A DNA stretch of 64,000 nucleotides, taken from assembly GCA_963664705.1 (NCBI GenBank), contig OY761556.1:3904001-3968000 (forward strand), given 5' to 3'. The notes under the pieces were generated by a model. It worked only from the letters and a program-made list of their open reading frames with translations. It was not told the origin of the DNA and made no database searches. Below, in pieces: positions 18,663 to 27,117 of the stretch. Numbering within the stretch: position 1 is the stretch's first letter; the number at the start of each line of letters is the position of its first letter. The DNA comes from Acidobacteriota bacterium. GTDB lineage: Bacteria; Acidobacteriota; UBA6911. The position numbers were made by a program, and so were the translations under genes.

Positions 18663-21473
18663 ATGGCAGGATACGACCCCCATTCCATCGAAGCTAAGTG
18701 GCAGGAATTCTGGGAACAGAGGAATACTTTCCATGCGCCGGATGATAGTTCGAAGCCGAAGCGCTATGTTCTCGACATGTTTCCATATCCCTCCGGAGAG
18801 GGACTGCATGTCGGCCACCCGGAAGGCTACAGTGCAACCGACATGTACTGCCGTTTCCTGCGAATGAAGGGCTATAACGTCCTGCACCCGATGGGCTACG
18901 ACGCTTTCGGGCTTCCCGCGGAACAATATGCAATCAATACTGGAACGCACCCGAGGATTACAACGGAACGGAATATCTCGAATATCCGCCGTCAGATCAA
19001 ACGCCTCGGCTTCAGTTATGATTGGGACCGGGAATTCGCCTCCACCGATACGGATTACATGCGGTGGACGCAGTGGATTTTCCTGCTCCTTTTTGACACA
19101 TGGTTTGACCGCGAATACCGCTGGGTAGATCCAAATGGGAAAGAGCGCACGGGCAAAGGCCGGCCGATTTCCGAATTGCCAATCCCTGAATCCATCCGCA
19201 CCCGGGGAGAGGCGGAAGTCCGTCGATACCAGGACTCCTTCCGTCTTGCCTATCAGGCGGAATCGCCAGTGAACTGGTGTGCAGCGCTCGGAACGGTCCT
19301 GGCCGATGAAGAGGTCATTAACGGGCGCTCGGAACGAGGCGATCACCCCGTACAACGAATACTCCTGCGCCAATGGATGCTTCGAATAACAGTCTATGCC
19401 GATCGCCTTTTAGAAGATCTCGATATCCTTCAATGGCCGGACGCGATTCGCGAGATGCAGAAGAATTGGGTCGGCAGGAGTGAAGGGGCGGAGGTGGATT
19501 TCTACATTGGAAAGCCGGAAGATTTTGGAGCCTGGTCTTCCGCCAAAAAGAAATCCGGCTTTCCAGAAAAACCCGAGCCGGGGTCCATTCGCATCTATAC
19601 GACGAGGCCCGATACTCTTTTCGGCGCCACCTATATGGTCTTGGCACCCGAACACCCCCTGGTCGATCTCCTGACAACGAATGAACATAAAGAGCAGGTG
19701 GAGCAGTACCGCCAGAAAGTTGCGGAAACCAGCGAAGAAGACCGGATTGCGGGACGCGGTGAAAAAAGCGGCGTTTTTACGGGAGGCTATGCGACCAACC
19801 CTGTGAATGGAAAACAGATCCCGATCTGGATAGCCGATTACGTTCTGATCAGCTATGGGACAGGTGCCATCATGGCGGTCCCAGGCCATGATCAGAGAGA
19901 CTTCGAATTTGCCCGCAAATTTGATCTCCCGATACAGGCTGTTGTTGCGCCGGGCAAGGAGTGGCTGGAAAAGATGCGCTGCCCCGCGGATCTCTATGCA
20001 AGCAGGATTGGCGAGCTTCCCGAAGCCTTTACTGAAGATGGCGCAGGCATGCAGTCTGCCAATGGCGAAGTCTCGTTGAACCAGATCCCCACGCCTCAGG
20101 CAAAGGCGAAAATAAACGCATGGCTCGTCCAGGCGGGTATCGGACGTGCCGCCGTTAAGTATAAATTGCGAGACTGGTTGTTCAGTCGTCAGCGCTATTG
20201 GGGCGAACCGATTCCGATCCTGCATGAACTCGATTCCGAAGGTAAGTTTACGGGTTTGACCCGGGCGATTGCGCCCGAAGAACTTCCGGTGTTGCTGCCC
20301 GAGATGGAAGATTTTAAGCCCACCGGCAAGCCCGGAGGTCCGCTGGAGAAAGCAACGGAATGGATCCATGTACATCGCGATGGCCGCCATTATGCGCGCG
20401 AAACCAATACAATGCCCCAGTGGGCTGGTTCCTGCTGGTATTACCTGCGTTTCTGCGATCCCAAAAACACGCAGAGACCATGGGATCCGGAAAAAGAGCG
20501 TTACTGGATGCCGGTAGACCTGTATGTCGGCGGAGCCGAACATGCTGTATTGCATCTATTGTATTCGCGCTTTTGGCATAAGGTGCTTTTCGATCGCGGA
20601 CATGTATCCACCATGGAACCCTTCCATCGGCTCGTAAATCAGGGAATGATCCTGTCGATCACATACCGGACCGGGGAGGGCAGAATTGTGCCCTATTCAC
20701 AAATCCGCTTTGAAGAAGGTAAAGCTCTTCACGCGGAGACCGGAGAAGAACTTGCCGGCGAAACCGAAAAGATGTCCAAATCCAGAGGGAACGTGATCCC
20801 CGTGGATGTGCCGCTCCAGCGATACGGCGCCGATACGACGCGGCTCTACGAAATGTTCATGGGACCGCTCGAAACAACAAAGCCCTGGAGCATGCAGGGA
20901 GTGGAAGGGATCAGCCGGTTCCTCAACCGCGCATGGCGCATGATCATGGACGAATCGGCAGATTCGGCTCAATTGAGCCCCAAAGTCAAATCTGACGGAA
21001 CACCGACGGAAGACCAGATGCGCGTGCTTCACAAGACGATCCAATCGGTTACGCAGGATATGGAGAGTCTGAGCTTCAACACGGCTATCAGCCGATTGAT
21101 GGAGTTTGTCAATTATTTCACGGGCCAGGAAACACGCCCGGGCGAGTGCATGGAAAAGTTTGTGCTTATGCTATCGCCAATGGCTCCGCACATCTCCGAA
21201 GAACTCTGGCAGGCACTTGGGCATCCGGAGTCGATTGCCTATGCGTCATGGCCTGCATTTGACGCCAAATATCTGCAGGAAAGTGCAGTCGAGATGCCTG
21301 TGCAGATTAACGGCAAGATCCGCGTCCGCCTGACTGTTCCCGTCAACTTGACGGAGGAGGAGGTAAAACAGGTGGCGTTGCAGGATCCCAAAGTGAAGAA
21401 GTATCTCGATGGAATTTCGATCCGGAAAGTGATCGTAATACCCAAAAAGCTGATCAACATCGTTGCGGGTTAA
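18663..21473 (+). CDS. leuS: Leucine--tRNA ligase
   Basis: MFPYPSGEGLHVGH, TTRPDT editing motif, YGTGAIMAVP, LRDWLFSRQRYWG, KMSKS. Confidence 0.98.
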   Translation: MAGYDPHSIEAKWQEFWEQRNTFHAPDDSSKPKRYVLDMFPYPSGEGLHVGHPEGYSATDMYCRFLRMKGYNVLHPMGYDAFGLPAEQYAINTGTHPRITTERNISNIRRQIKRLGFSYDWDREFASTDTDYMRWTQWIFLLLFDTWFDREYRWVDPNGKERTGKGRPISELPIPESIRTRGEAEVRRYQDSFRLAYQAESPVNWCAALGTVLADEEVINGRSERGDHPVQRILLRQWMLRITVYADRLLEDLDILQWPDAIREMQKNWVGRSEGAEVDFYIGKPEDFGAWSSAKKKSGFPEKPEPGSIRIYTTRPDTLFGATYMVLAPEHPLVDLLTTNEHKEQVEQYRQKVAETSEEDRIAGRGEKSGVFTGGYATNPVNGKQIPIWIADYVLISYGTGAIMAVPGHDQRDFEFARKFDLPIQAVVAPGKEWLEKMRCPADLYASRIGELPEAFTEDGAGMQSANGEVSLNQIPTPQAKAKINAWLVQAGIGRAAVKYKLRDWLFSRQRYWGEPIPILHELDSEGKFTGLTRAIAPEELPVLLPEMEDFKPTGKPGGPLEKATEWIHVHRDGRHYARETNTMPQWAGSCWYYLRFCDPKNTQRPWDPEKERYWMPVDLYVGGAEHAVLHLLYSRFWHKVLFDRGHVSTMEPFHRLVNQGMILSITYRTGEGRIVPYSQIRFEEGKALHAETGEELAGETEKMSKSRGNVIPVDVPLQRYGADTTRLYEMFMGPLETTKPWSMQGVEGISRFLNRAWRMIMDESADSAQLSPKVKSDGTPTEDQMRVLHKTIQSVTQDMESLSFNTAISRLMEFVNYFTGQETRPGECMEKFVLMLSPMAPHISEELWQALGHPESIAYASWPAFDAKYLQESAVEMPVQINGKIRVRLTVPVNLTEEEVKQVALQDPKVKKYLDGISIRKVIVIPKKLINIVAG

Positions 21474-21492
21474 CCGCAGATCGGTCGAAACT

Positions 21493-22116
21493 ATGAAAAA
21501 GAAATATTTGCTGGTGGTTCTCTCCGGAATTGTGCTGTTGTTCGCGGGCTGTTCCCCAAAGGTGGAGGAAAAGAAGGAATCAGCATCGGCAGAGCTAAAG
21601 CCAGAGGCGGCTCACGGCGCAAGCACGGCAGCAACTCCCGAAAAATCGACCGGGCTGAAATTTACGGCTCCGACGGAGTGGATTGTCGAAACGCCCTCAT
21701 CTTCCAGCCGACAATCCCAATACAAGCTGCCGCGCATCCAGGGGGATTCCGAGGATGCCCAACTTATTATCTATTATTTCGGCGGCGGGGGAGGTGCACC
21801 TCAGGCCAACATTGACCGTTGGATCGGTGAATTCTCGGGACCCAACGGGAAGCCTGTCACCGACGCAAAGATCCTGCACAAGACCGTAAACGGGCTTGTG
21901 GTAACCACTGTTGATGTAAAGGGAACCTATGCCAGCTCAATGGGGATGATGATGAAGAGCGGCAGCAGCGCCAAAACGGGAGAGAGATTGCTTGGAGCAA
22001 TTGCAGAAACGGCAAGTGGCCCCTGGTTTATTAAGCTCACCGGACCGGAGCGCACGGTAGCCAAGTGGCAGCCCAGCTTCGAGGCATTTCTGAACTCGAT
22101 GCGGCAAAGCGAATAG
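21493..22116 (+). CDS. Lipoprotein of unknown function
   Basis: MKKK, hydrophobic stretch and FAGC lipobox; GGG..ANIDRW..F and WFIKLTGP motifs. Confidence 0.75.
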   Translation: MKKKYLLVVLSGIVLLFAGCSPKVEEKKESASAELKPEAAHGASTAATPEKSTGLKFTAPTEWIVETPSSSSRQSQYKLPRIQGDSEDAQLIIYYFGGGGGAPQANIDRWIGEFSGPNGKPVTDAKILHKTVNGLVVTTVDVKGTYASSMGMMMKSGSSAKTGERLLGAIAETASGPWFIKLTGPERTVAKWQPSFEAFLNSMRQSE

Positions 22117-22118
22117 CC

Positions 22119-22166
22119 TGAATCGTGAAATTCATGGTGCATTTTTGCCACGAATTTCACGATTCA
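22119..22166. repeat. Palindromic REP-like element / bidirectional hairpin, copy B
   Basis: TGAATCGTGAAATTCATGG...CCACGAATTTCACGATTCA between convergent stops. Confidence 0.6.
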
Positions 22167-22910
22167 TCTCTGGTTCCTAATCCAATCCAGCGCATCTCGG
22201 ATACATCGATCCAATTCACTGCGATTATCGCTGAAGCGATGATTTGCAGATTCGACAACCCACATTTTCTTGGGATTCCCAGCTAGCGCGAACATCGCCT
22301 TTGCTTTTTCAAGCGGAAGGAACTCATCGTGAGTAGAGTGTATTTCCGCCAATGGCAATGGTGTTACCGTGCCAATGATATCCTCCACCATAAAGCCCGG
22401 CTCGTGGGGAGTTTTCTTCGTGATCCAGATCGTGAAATCCTGCCACTTCCAGCCCAGTTCATTCTGGTCCGGCAAGCCAAGTCCAAGGACCCCCTGGATA
22501 CGCTCTTTCAGTTCCAGTTTTGAGGCAGCAAGGACGGAGAGCCCCGCTCCCTCTGAAATGCCGGCAAGGATAGGTTTTGCAGAGGATGACTGATTTGCGT
22601 ATTCGATCAGCTTTCTATAATCGCCCGGCACATCCTGAGGCAACAGCGTGCTGGATTTGCTGGTAAAACTTGCCAGGTAGCTTCGAGTATTGAATCCGAT
22701 GACATAATAGCCCTGGCCCGACAGATAGTCCGCTACATGCACCACGAGCCCGGCCCAGCCAAGATCGCCACTCGAAAGGACAATCGGCGTTCCGCCTTTG
22801 CGTCCGGACAGGTGCAGTTCCTGAGGTTTGCCGCGAAGATCAATGGTGTCCTGGCTGAAAGCCGACGCGATACCGATGAAGATCCATAGCAGACAAAACA
22901 TGCTTTTCAT
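22164..22910 (-). CDS. AcvB/VirJ-like aminoacyl-phosphatidylglycerol hydrolase (secreted alpha/beta hydrolase)
   Basis: Signal peptide; SGDLGW (cf. SGDGGW), GISEGA nucleophile elbow, NHRF; 3 bp downstream of the aaPG synthase gene. Confidence 0.75.
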   Translation of the reverse strand: MKSMFCLLWIFIGIASAFSQDTIDLRGKPQELHLSGRKGGTPIVLSSGDLGWAGLVVHVADYLSGQGYYVIGFNTRSYLASFTSKSSTLLPQDVPGDYRKLIEYANQSSSAKPILAGISEGAGLSVLAASKLELKERIQGVLGLGLPDQNELGWKWQDFTIWITKKTPHEPGFMVEDIIGTVTPLPLAEIHSTHDEFLPLEKAKAMFALAGNPKKMWVVESANHRFSDNRSELDRCIRDALDWIRNQR

Positions 22911-22913
22911 TCG

Positions 22914-25118
22914 TTACTTCCTCATGATCAAGTGAAGCAGGCTGCCCGAACTATGCACCCCAGCCAACGCATAGGCTACTCGCGGAAGGTCCGCTCCTTT
23001 TGGATAAATCAAATATCGGCCTTCCCAGCGCGGAGCAAATTTCTTTTTGAACTGGAACAGGTTTTTATAGCCGTAAAAGGCATTCATATTTTCAAAGAGC
23101 AGGGCAACGCCGCGCTCCAGCGGACGCGTGGGCGGCGTCACGCTTGCCAGGGGAGCATTGGCGAGGCTGGCCTCCAGATAATTCATTTCCTTCAATTGCA
23201 GTAAGGCGTGGCACAATAGAAAATCCATGGTCCCGGCGACTACATCTTTGCGCTTTCGCATTAAGTCCAGTACCACCGCCTGCCCAGACCGGTAGGGAAG
23301 CCATGAACAAAACGCCTCAACCCGGTCATTCAATACCGCGAGGAATACCGGGATCTGATCCAAACCCTCGAGCGAGAACCGTCCAAGAGAAAATCCCAGT
23401 TCACCCATCCGTTTTTCGGTGAGCCACTCCTGCGAAATTTCTTCAAGCTGTTCATCAATATCCGGCTCTACCTGAAGTCTGCGGCTATAGGCACGAATAA
23501 CCATTCCGGATTTCGCCGTTTTATTTACCATCGCGCGCAGGTTGGCCCGCTTGTTTCCGGACAGGCCAAAATCCGGCAAGGAAAGTACCGCCTCTTCCGC
23601 CATCTTCAGTGAGCGAAGCCCCAACGAATGGTAGACAGGCAAACGCTCTTCGGCTGCTTCATAGATGCACGGAGTCCAGTCATTCCGTCCGCAATACGAC
23701 AGGTACTCCTGAACGCTCCGGACAAAGCACTCATCGGATGCCAGGGGATCGCCGGCAGCCAGGGCAACGGTTCCACGGACGGCATAGGCAACCAATGCAT
23801 CTTTATCAGCCAGCAAGAGATGATGCTTGTCATCCTGTATGGCAAATGCTGATAAGGAATGGCGGCTGTGGGCGTTGAAAATCAGCCGAATGGCATCGAA
23901 TGAAGCCTCTTGGCGTTTCCTGAGGATGACCGGTCGGAGAAGCATCACCATCAGATAAAACCGGGCCAGCCAGCCCGCGATCTGCAGCGATCCCAGAAAT
24001 CTTGCTGCGCCGTGAGTGATCGGATCAACGCCGGGATCCCGGATAAGAATGCCGGATTGAAAGGACTCGGTTAATGGCGTCGCCCCATTCTGCCATCGGT
24101 ACTGCTGAATTCTGTGATTCAGACCCACATATCCATAGAGAAAGACGGCAAATCCCAACACCGGCACCATCCATAAGCTAAGCCGGACGGAACCGGGATC
24201 GCTGCGCGCATAAAACCGCCTGCGATTTACAAAAAGATAAACGAGGAGGACTCCGGAAACAGCGGAGTGGTGAAAATCGAGCGCATGAGTAAGGTGGGTA
24301 AGAAATGATATGGAAAGGGCCACAGCGGCCACATACCAGGCCGCCTCCTTCCGCCGGGCAAGACTTCGCGTAACCTGAAGCAGCGCAATTCCCGCGAGCA
24401 GCATAAGCGGTCGACTTCGTTGTGTAACTTCGAGCGGCAGCCATGAAGCGATGTGCTGAAGAGATGCATGGGATCGGGGCAGGATTGCGGAGACAATGTT
24501 GATAAGCCCCATAAAGCCGATCAGCAGTGGGACCAGTGTATGGAAGTCGACGGTCTTGAGATCCTCGATCCACTCCGTCCTGTGGAGATGGCGAATCAAC
24601 AACACAATCATCGCCATAGCGAGCAGGGCGGCCATGATCCACCATTGATAGTGGTGAACACCGGAAAGGGTGGACTGCGCAGCATGACCCAGGTAAAAGC
24701 CCAGCAACGCCATGGGAATGGCCCAGATAATGCTGGCAACGATATTTATGACTGAAAACCGGACGGCCGGCATTCCAAACGCGCCGCAGGCGGCGGGAAT
24801 GATGATCCGGAAGCCGAATGCATATCGGCTAAATAGAAGAAGCCAGTCTGCGTAGCGGGACATCCAGCTTACAGCCTGCTTATATCGGGGATGACGACCG
24901 AAGCGCTTATCCAGCCAGGCACGGCCGCGTGTCCGCGCGACCATGTAATAGGCCTGGTCTGCTACGCAGTTTGAAACAATGGCAATGAAAAGAACCGTGG
25001 AGAAATGGAAGATGCCGCGATGCGCAAGAAAAGACCCCGCCAGGAGAAAAGCTTCCCCTTCAACCATGACGCCGAGGAATAGAAGCACGTAACCGTATTT
25101 GATCAACAGCAGTTCCAC
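22914..25118 (-). CDS. DedA domain fused to an MprF-type aminoacyl-phosphatidylglycerol synthase (DUF2156)
   Basis: N-terminal YGY..LFLGVMVEGE, ADQAYY, SRYAFGFR (DedA); middle TM block with LARRKEAAW; C-terminal AGDPL, KMAEEA, LDLMR, YGYKNLFQFKKKFAPRWEGRYL. Confidence 0.88.
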   Translation of the reverse strand: MELLLIKYGYVLLFLGVMVEGEAFLLAGSFLAHRGIFHFSTVLFIAIVSNCVADQAYYMVARTRGRAWLDKRFGRHPRYKQAVSWMSRYADWLLLFSRYAFGFRIIIPAACGAFGMPAVRFSVINIVASIIWAIPMALLGFYLGHAAQSTLSGVHHYQWWIMAALLAMAMIVLLIRHLHRTEWIEDLKTVDFHTLVPLLIGFMGLINIVSAILPRSHASLQHIASWLPLEVTQRSRPLMLLAGIALLQVTRSLARRKEAAWYVAAVALSISFLTHLTHALDFHHSAVSGVLLVYLFVNRRRFYARSDPGSVRLSLWMVPVLGFAVFLYGYVGLNHRIQQYRWQNGATPLTESFQSGILIRDPGVDPITHGAARFLGSLQIAGWLARFYLMVMLLRPVILRKRQEASFDAIRLIFNAHSRHSLSAFAIQDDKHHLLLADKDALVAYAVRGTVALAAGDPLASDECFVRSVQEYLSYCGRNDWTPCIYEAAEERLPVYHSLGLRSLKMAEEAVLSLPDFGLSGNKRANLRAMVNKTAKSGMVIRAYSRRLQVEPDIDEQLEEISQEWLTEKRMGELGFSLGRFSLEGLDQIPVFLAVLNDRVEAFCSWLPYRSGQAVVLDLMRKRKDVVAGTMDFLLCHALLQLKEMNYLEASLANAPLASVTPPTRPLERGVALLFENMNAFYGYKNLFQFKKKFAPRWEGRYLIYPKGADLPRVAYALAGVHSSGSLLHLIMRK

Positions 25119-25274
25119 AATCCCCGTCCGTTCCGATAAATAGATCTATTCTAGATTGGAGATATATTCCCTGCAAGTTGTTCAAACCACGGGTCTCTCA
25201 AATTTGCATAATGCCGACCGCCGCTCCATCCTCTTTTACTCCGAATTTTGCATAACGCGCACCAACCCGCCGAC

Positions 25275-26156
25275 CTAATAGAACACTTCGACGGGAACGG
25301 GGATACGGGATTTGACGATAGCGGCAATCCTATCCAGTTCGTCGTGGGACAGTGCAGCCATCGTGCGTTCGGAAGGATCCCGCGCAATGGTATATAACTG
25401 GATATATTTCAGCTTGCCCCCGCGCGCAAGCAGTTCCCGCAATTTTTCACAGTAGGCTTCCACCTCCTCTTCAGGCGGAATGATTCCTTCAATCCTGAAC
25501 CAGAGAGACTGAATCACCACAGGTCGAATTTGCGCCGTTTTGAGTATGTTTTCCAACACCCGGACAAAGCCGACATTCGGACGATTGACCCGGCCGAAAT
25601 AGGGCTCTGTCCCGGCATCAAGCTTGGCCCATATCTCCCCGTTATTGGCATCCAGGATATCCAGCGCGGCACGCACGACCGGCTTGTTCAAGTAAGCGGC
25701 ATTCGTTATCAGGACAAGTTTTGTCGAAGCCAGCGAAAACCTTTCCCGGGCTTCTGCCGCAATTCGAACGGCATCGATGAATCTTGGATAGGTTGTTGGT
25801 TCGCCATCTCCGGAGAAAGCAATGTCCTGTACCCCTCTTTCCGGCTCTGTAAGTATGTCGAATGGACTATCGTCATACAGGGAACCGTCTCTTTCCGCCT
25901 GCAGGATGCGATTCAGTTCGTCCGAAAGAATCTCCAGATTGACTCTCCGGATCAGTGGAGGGATGGCACGATTCACCTGGCAATAAACGCAATTGAAATT
26001 GCACTCCTTCCCAGGATTCAGGTTTACTCCAACGGACACTCCGCGGCTTCGACGGGACACCACCGCATAGACATACCGGTTATCCTTCCACCGCCTTTCG
26101 TGCTTCTTCCATGCCCCCGCCAACCGGGCCGTCGATTCGTTATTCGATTCTGTCAT
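25275..26156 (-). CDS. Radical SAM protein of unknown function
   Basis: CNFNCVYC, FSGDGEPT, LITNA, WAKLDAG. Confidence 0.88.
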   Translation of the reverse strand: MTESNNESTARLAGAWKKHERRWKDNRYVYAVVSRRSRGVSVGVNLNPGKECNFNCVYCQVNRAIPPLIRRVNLEILSDELNRILQAERDGSLYDDSPFDILTEPERGVQDIAFSGDGEPTTYPRFIDAVRIAAEARERFSLASTKLVLITNAAYLNKPVVRAALDILDANNGEIWAKLDAGTEPYFGRVNRPNVGFVRVLENILKTAQIRPVVIQSLWFRIEGIIPPEEEVEAYCEKLRELLARGGKLKYIQLYTIARDPSERTMAALSHDELDRIAAIVKSRIPVPVEVFY

Positions 26157-26236
26157 ATCTTAATTATAGCATCAGCGCTTGCCAGCCCCCGATAGCCCCA
26201 TCGAGCAAATCATGGCAGCAGCACTGGAGTTTTTGA

Positions 26237-26266
26237 TTGACAGAAAATAATTGTCCCTGTTAGATT
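26237..26266 (+). promoter_or_regulatory. Sigma70-type promoter for the ilv leader
   Basis: TTGACA (26237) -18 nt- TAGATT (26261), preceded by TGn (extended -10). Confidence 0.6.
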
Positions 26267-26313
26267 TGGCGATACTCTTCAGAAGAAGAGCATATCAGGA
26301 GGACGGGTTGGGC

Positions 26314-26436
26314 ATGTGCTCGCCAGGCTTACAGATTTCAGTTCATACGCTTCGAGATACTTTTCTGCCCGTCGCTGTAGGCATCGTAATCGTAATTAAT
26401 GTAAGCATCCTTACCGGAGTTTCCCGGTTCGGATGA
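26314..26436 (+). CDS. ilv attenuation leader peptide (40 aa)
   Basis: MCSPGLQISVHTLRDTFLPVAVGIVIVINVSILTGVSRFG: Val/Ile/Leu cluster; AGGAGG at 26297; in-frame TTG at 26308 is an alternative start. Confidence 0.8.
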   Translation: MCSPGLQISVHTLRDTFLPVAVGIVIVINVSILTGVSRFG

Positions 26437-26498
26437 TGGCGCCACAACGTGGGATCAGAGGCCGTCACCCGAACCGGGCTGACGGCCTTTTTTGTTTT
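26423..26498 (+). terminator. Attenuator (antiterminator and intrinsic terminator)
   Basis: Terminator AGGCCGTCA...TGACGGCCT followed by TTTTTGTTTT (26459-26498); CCCGGTTCGG (26423-26432) is complementary to CCGAACCGGG (26469-26478) inside the terminator. Confidence 0.85.
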
Positions 26499-26534
26499 GC
26501 CACCATTATTATTTGAGTGTAGGAGACAGACACA

Positions 26535-27092
26535 ATGGGAACCCTTCAGGCATCCAGCATCACTAACCCGCAGAGTACCAGGACGCTCTCCATCCTCGTT
26601 GAAAATCGCTTCGGCGTTTTGTCCCGGATTGCGGGACTTTTCAGCGCACGAGGCTACAACATTGAAAGTCTCACAGTAGCCGGCAGCTCCGACCAAGGCC
26701 TTTCCAGAATAACAATGGTCGTACGGTGCGAGGCACTTCTCGCCCAGCAGATTTTGAGACAGGTAGAAAAAATTCCGGACACAGTAGAAGCACTGGATCT
26801 GACGGATGCAAATTGCGTCGAACGGGAATTGATCCTGGTGCGCGTTCGTGCCCCGGAGGGAAAAAGAACTACGCTCCTGACCGAAGCAGAAATTTTCCGC
26901 GCCCGCGTCGTCACGGCGACACCGGAGAATTACGTTTTTGAGGTCACGGGAGATTCGGGCAAGGTCGAAGCATTTCTGGATGTAGTGCGGCCCTATGGGA
27001 TTGATGAGATGGTGCGGACGGGAAAGGTCGCACTGCATCGCAACCTGGCGCCCAAGTCACCTGATACGGAAACGGTCTCAACTGCCAGATAA
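26535..27092 (+). CDS. ilvN: Acetolactate synthase small (regulatory) subunit
   Basis: LSILVENRFGVLSRIAGLFSARGYNIESL (ACT domain), VERELILV, EMVRTG. Confidence 0.95.
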   Translation: MGTLQASSITNPQSTRTLSILVENRFGVLSRIAGLFSARGYNIESLTVAGSSDQGLSRITMVVRCEALLAQQILRQVEKIPDTVEALDLTDANCVERELILVRVRAPEGKRTTLLTEAEIFRARVVTATPENYVFEVTGDSGKVEAFLDVVRPYGIDEMVRTGKVALHRNLAPKSPDTETVSTAR

Positions 27093-27117
27093 ACTGAATA
27101 GGAAAGGGATATCAACC

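Noticed and set aside
18663-25118. Functional link between leuS and the aminoacyl-PG synthase (leucyl-lipid)
   Set aside because: The genes are convergent and separately transcribed; adjacency alone is no evidence.
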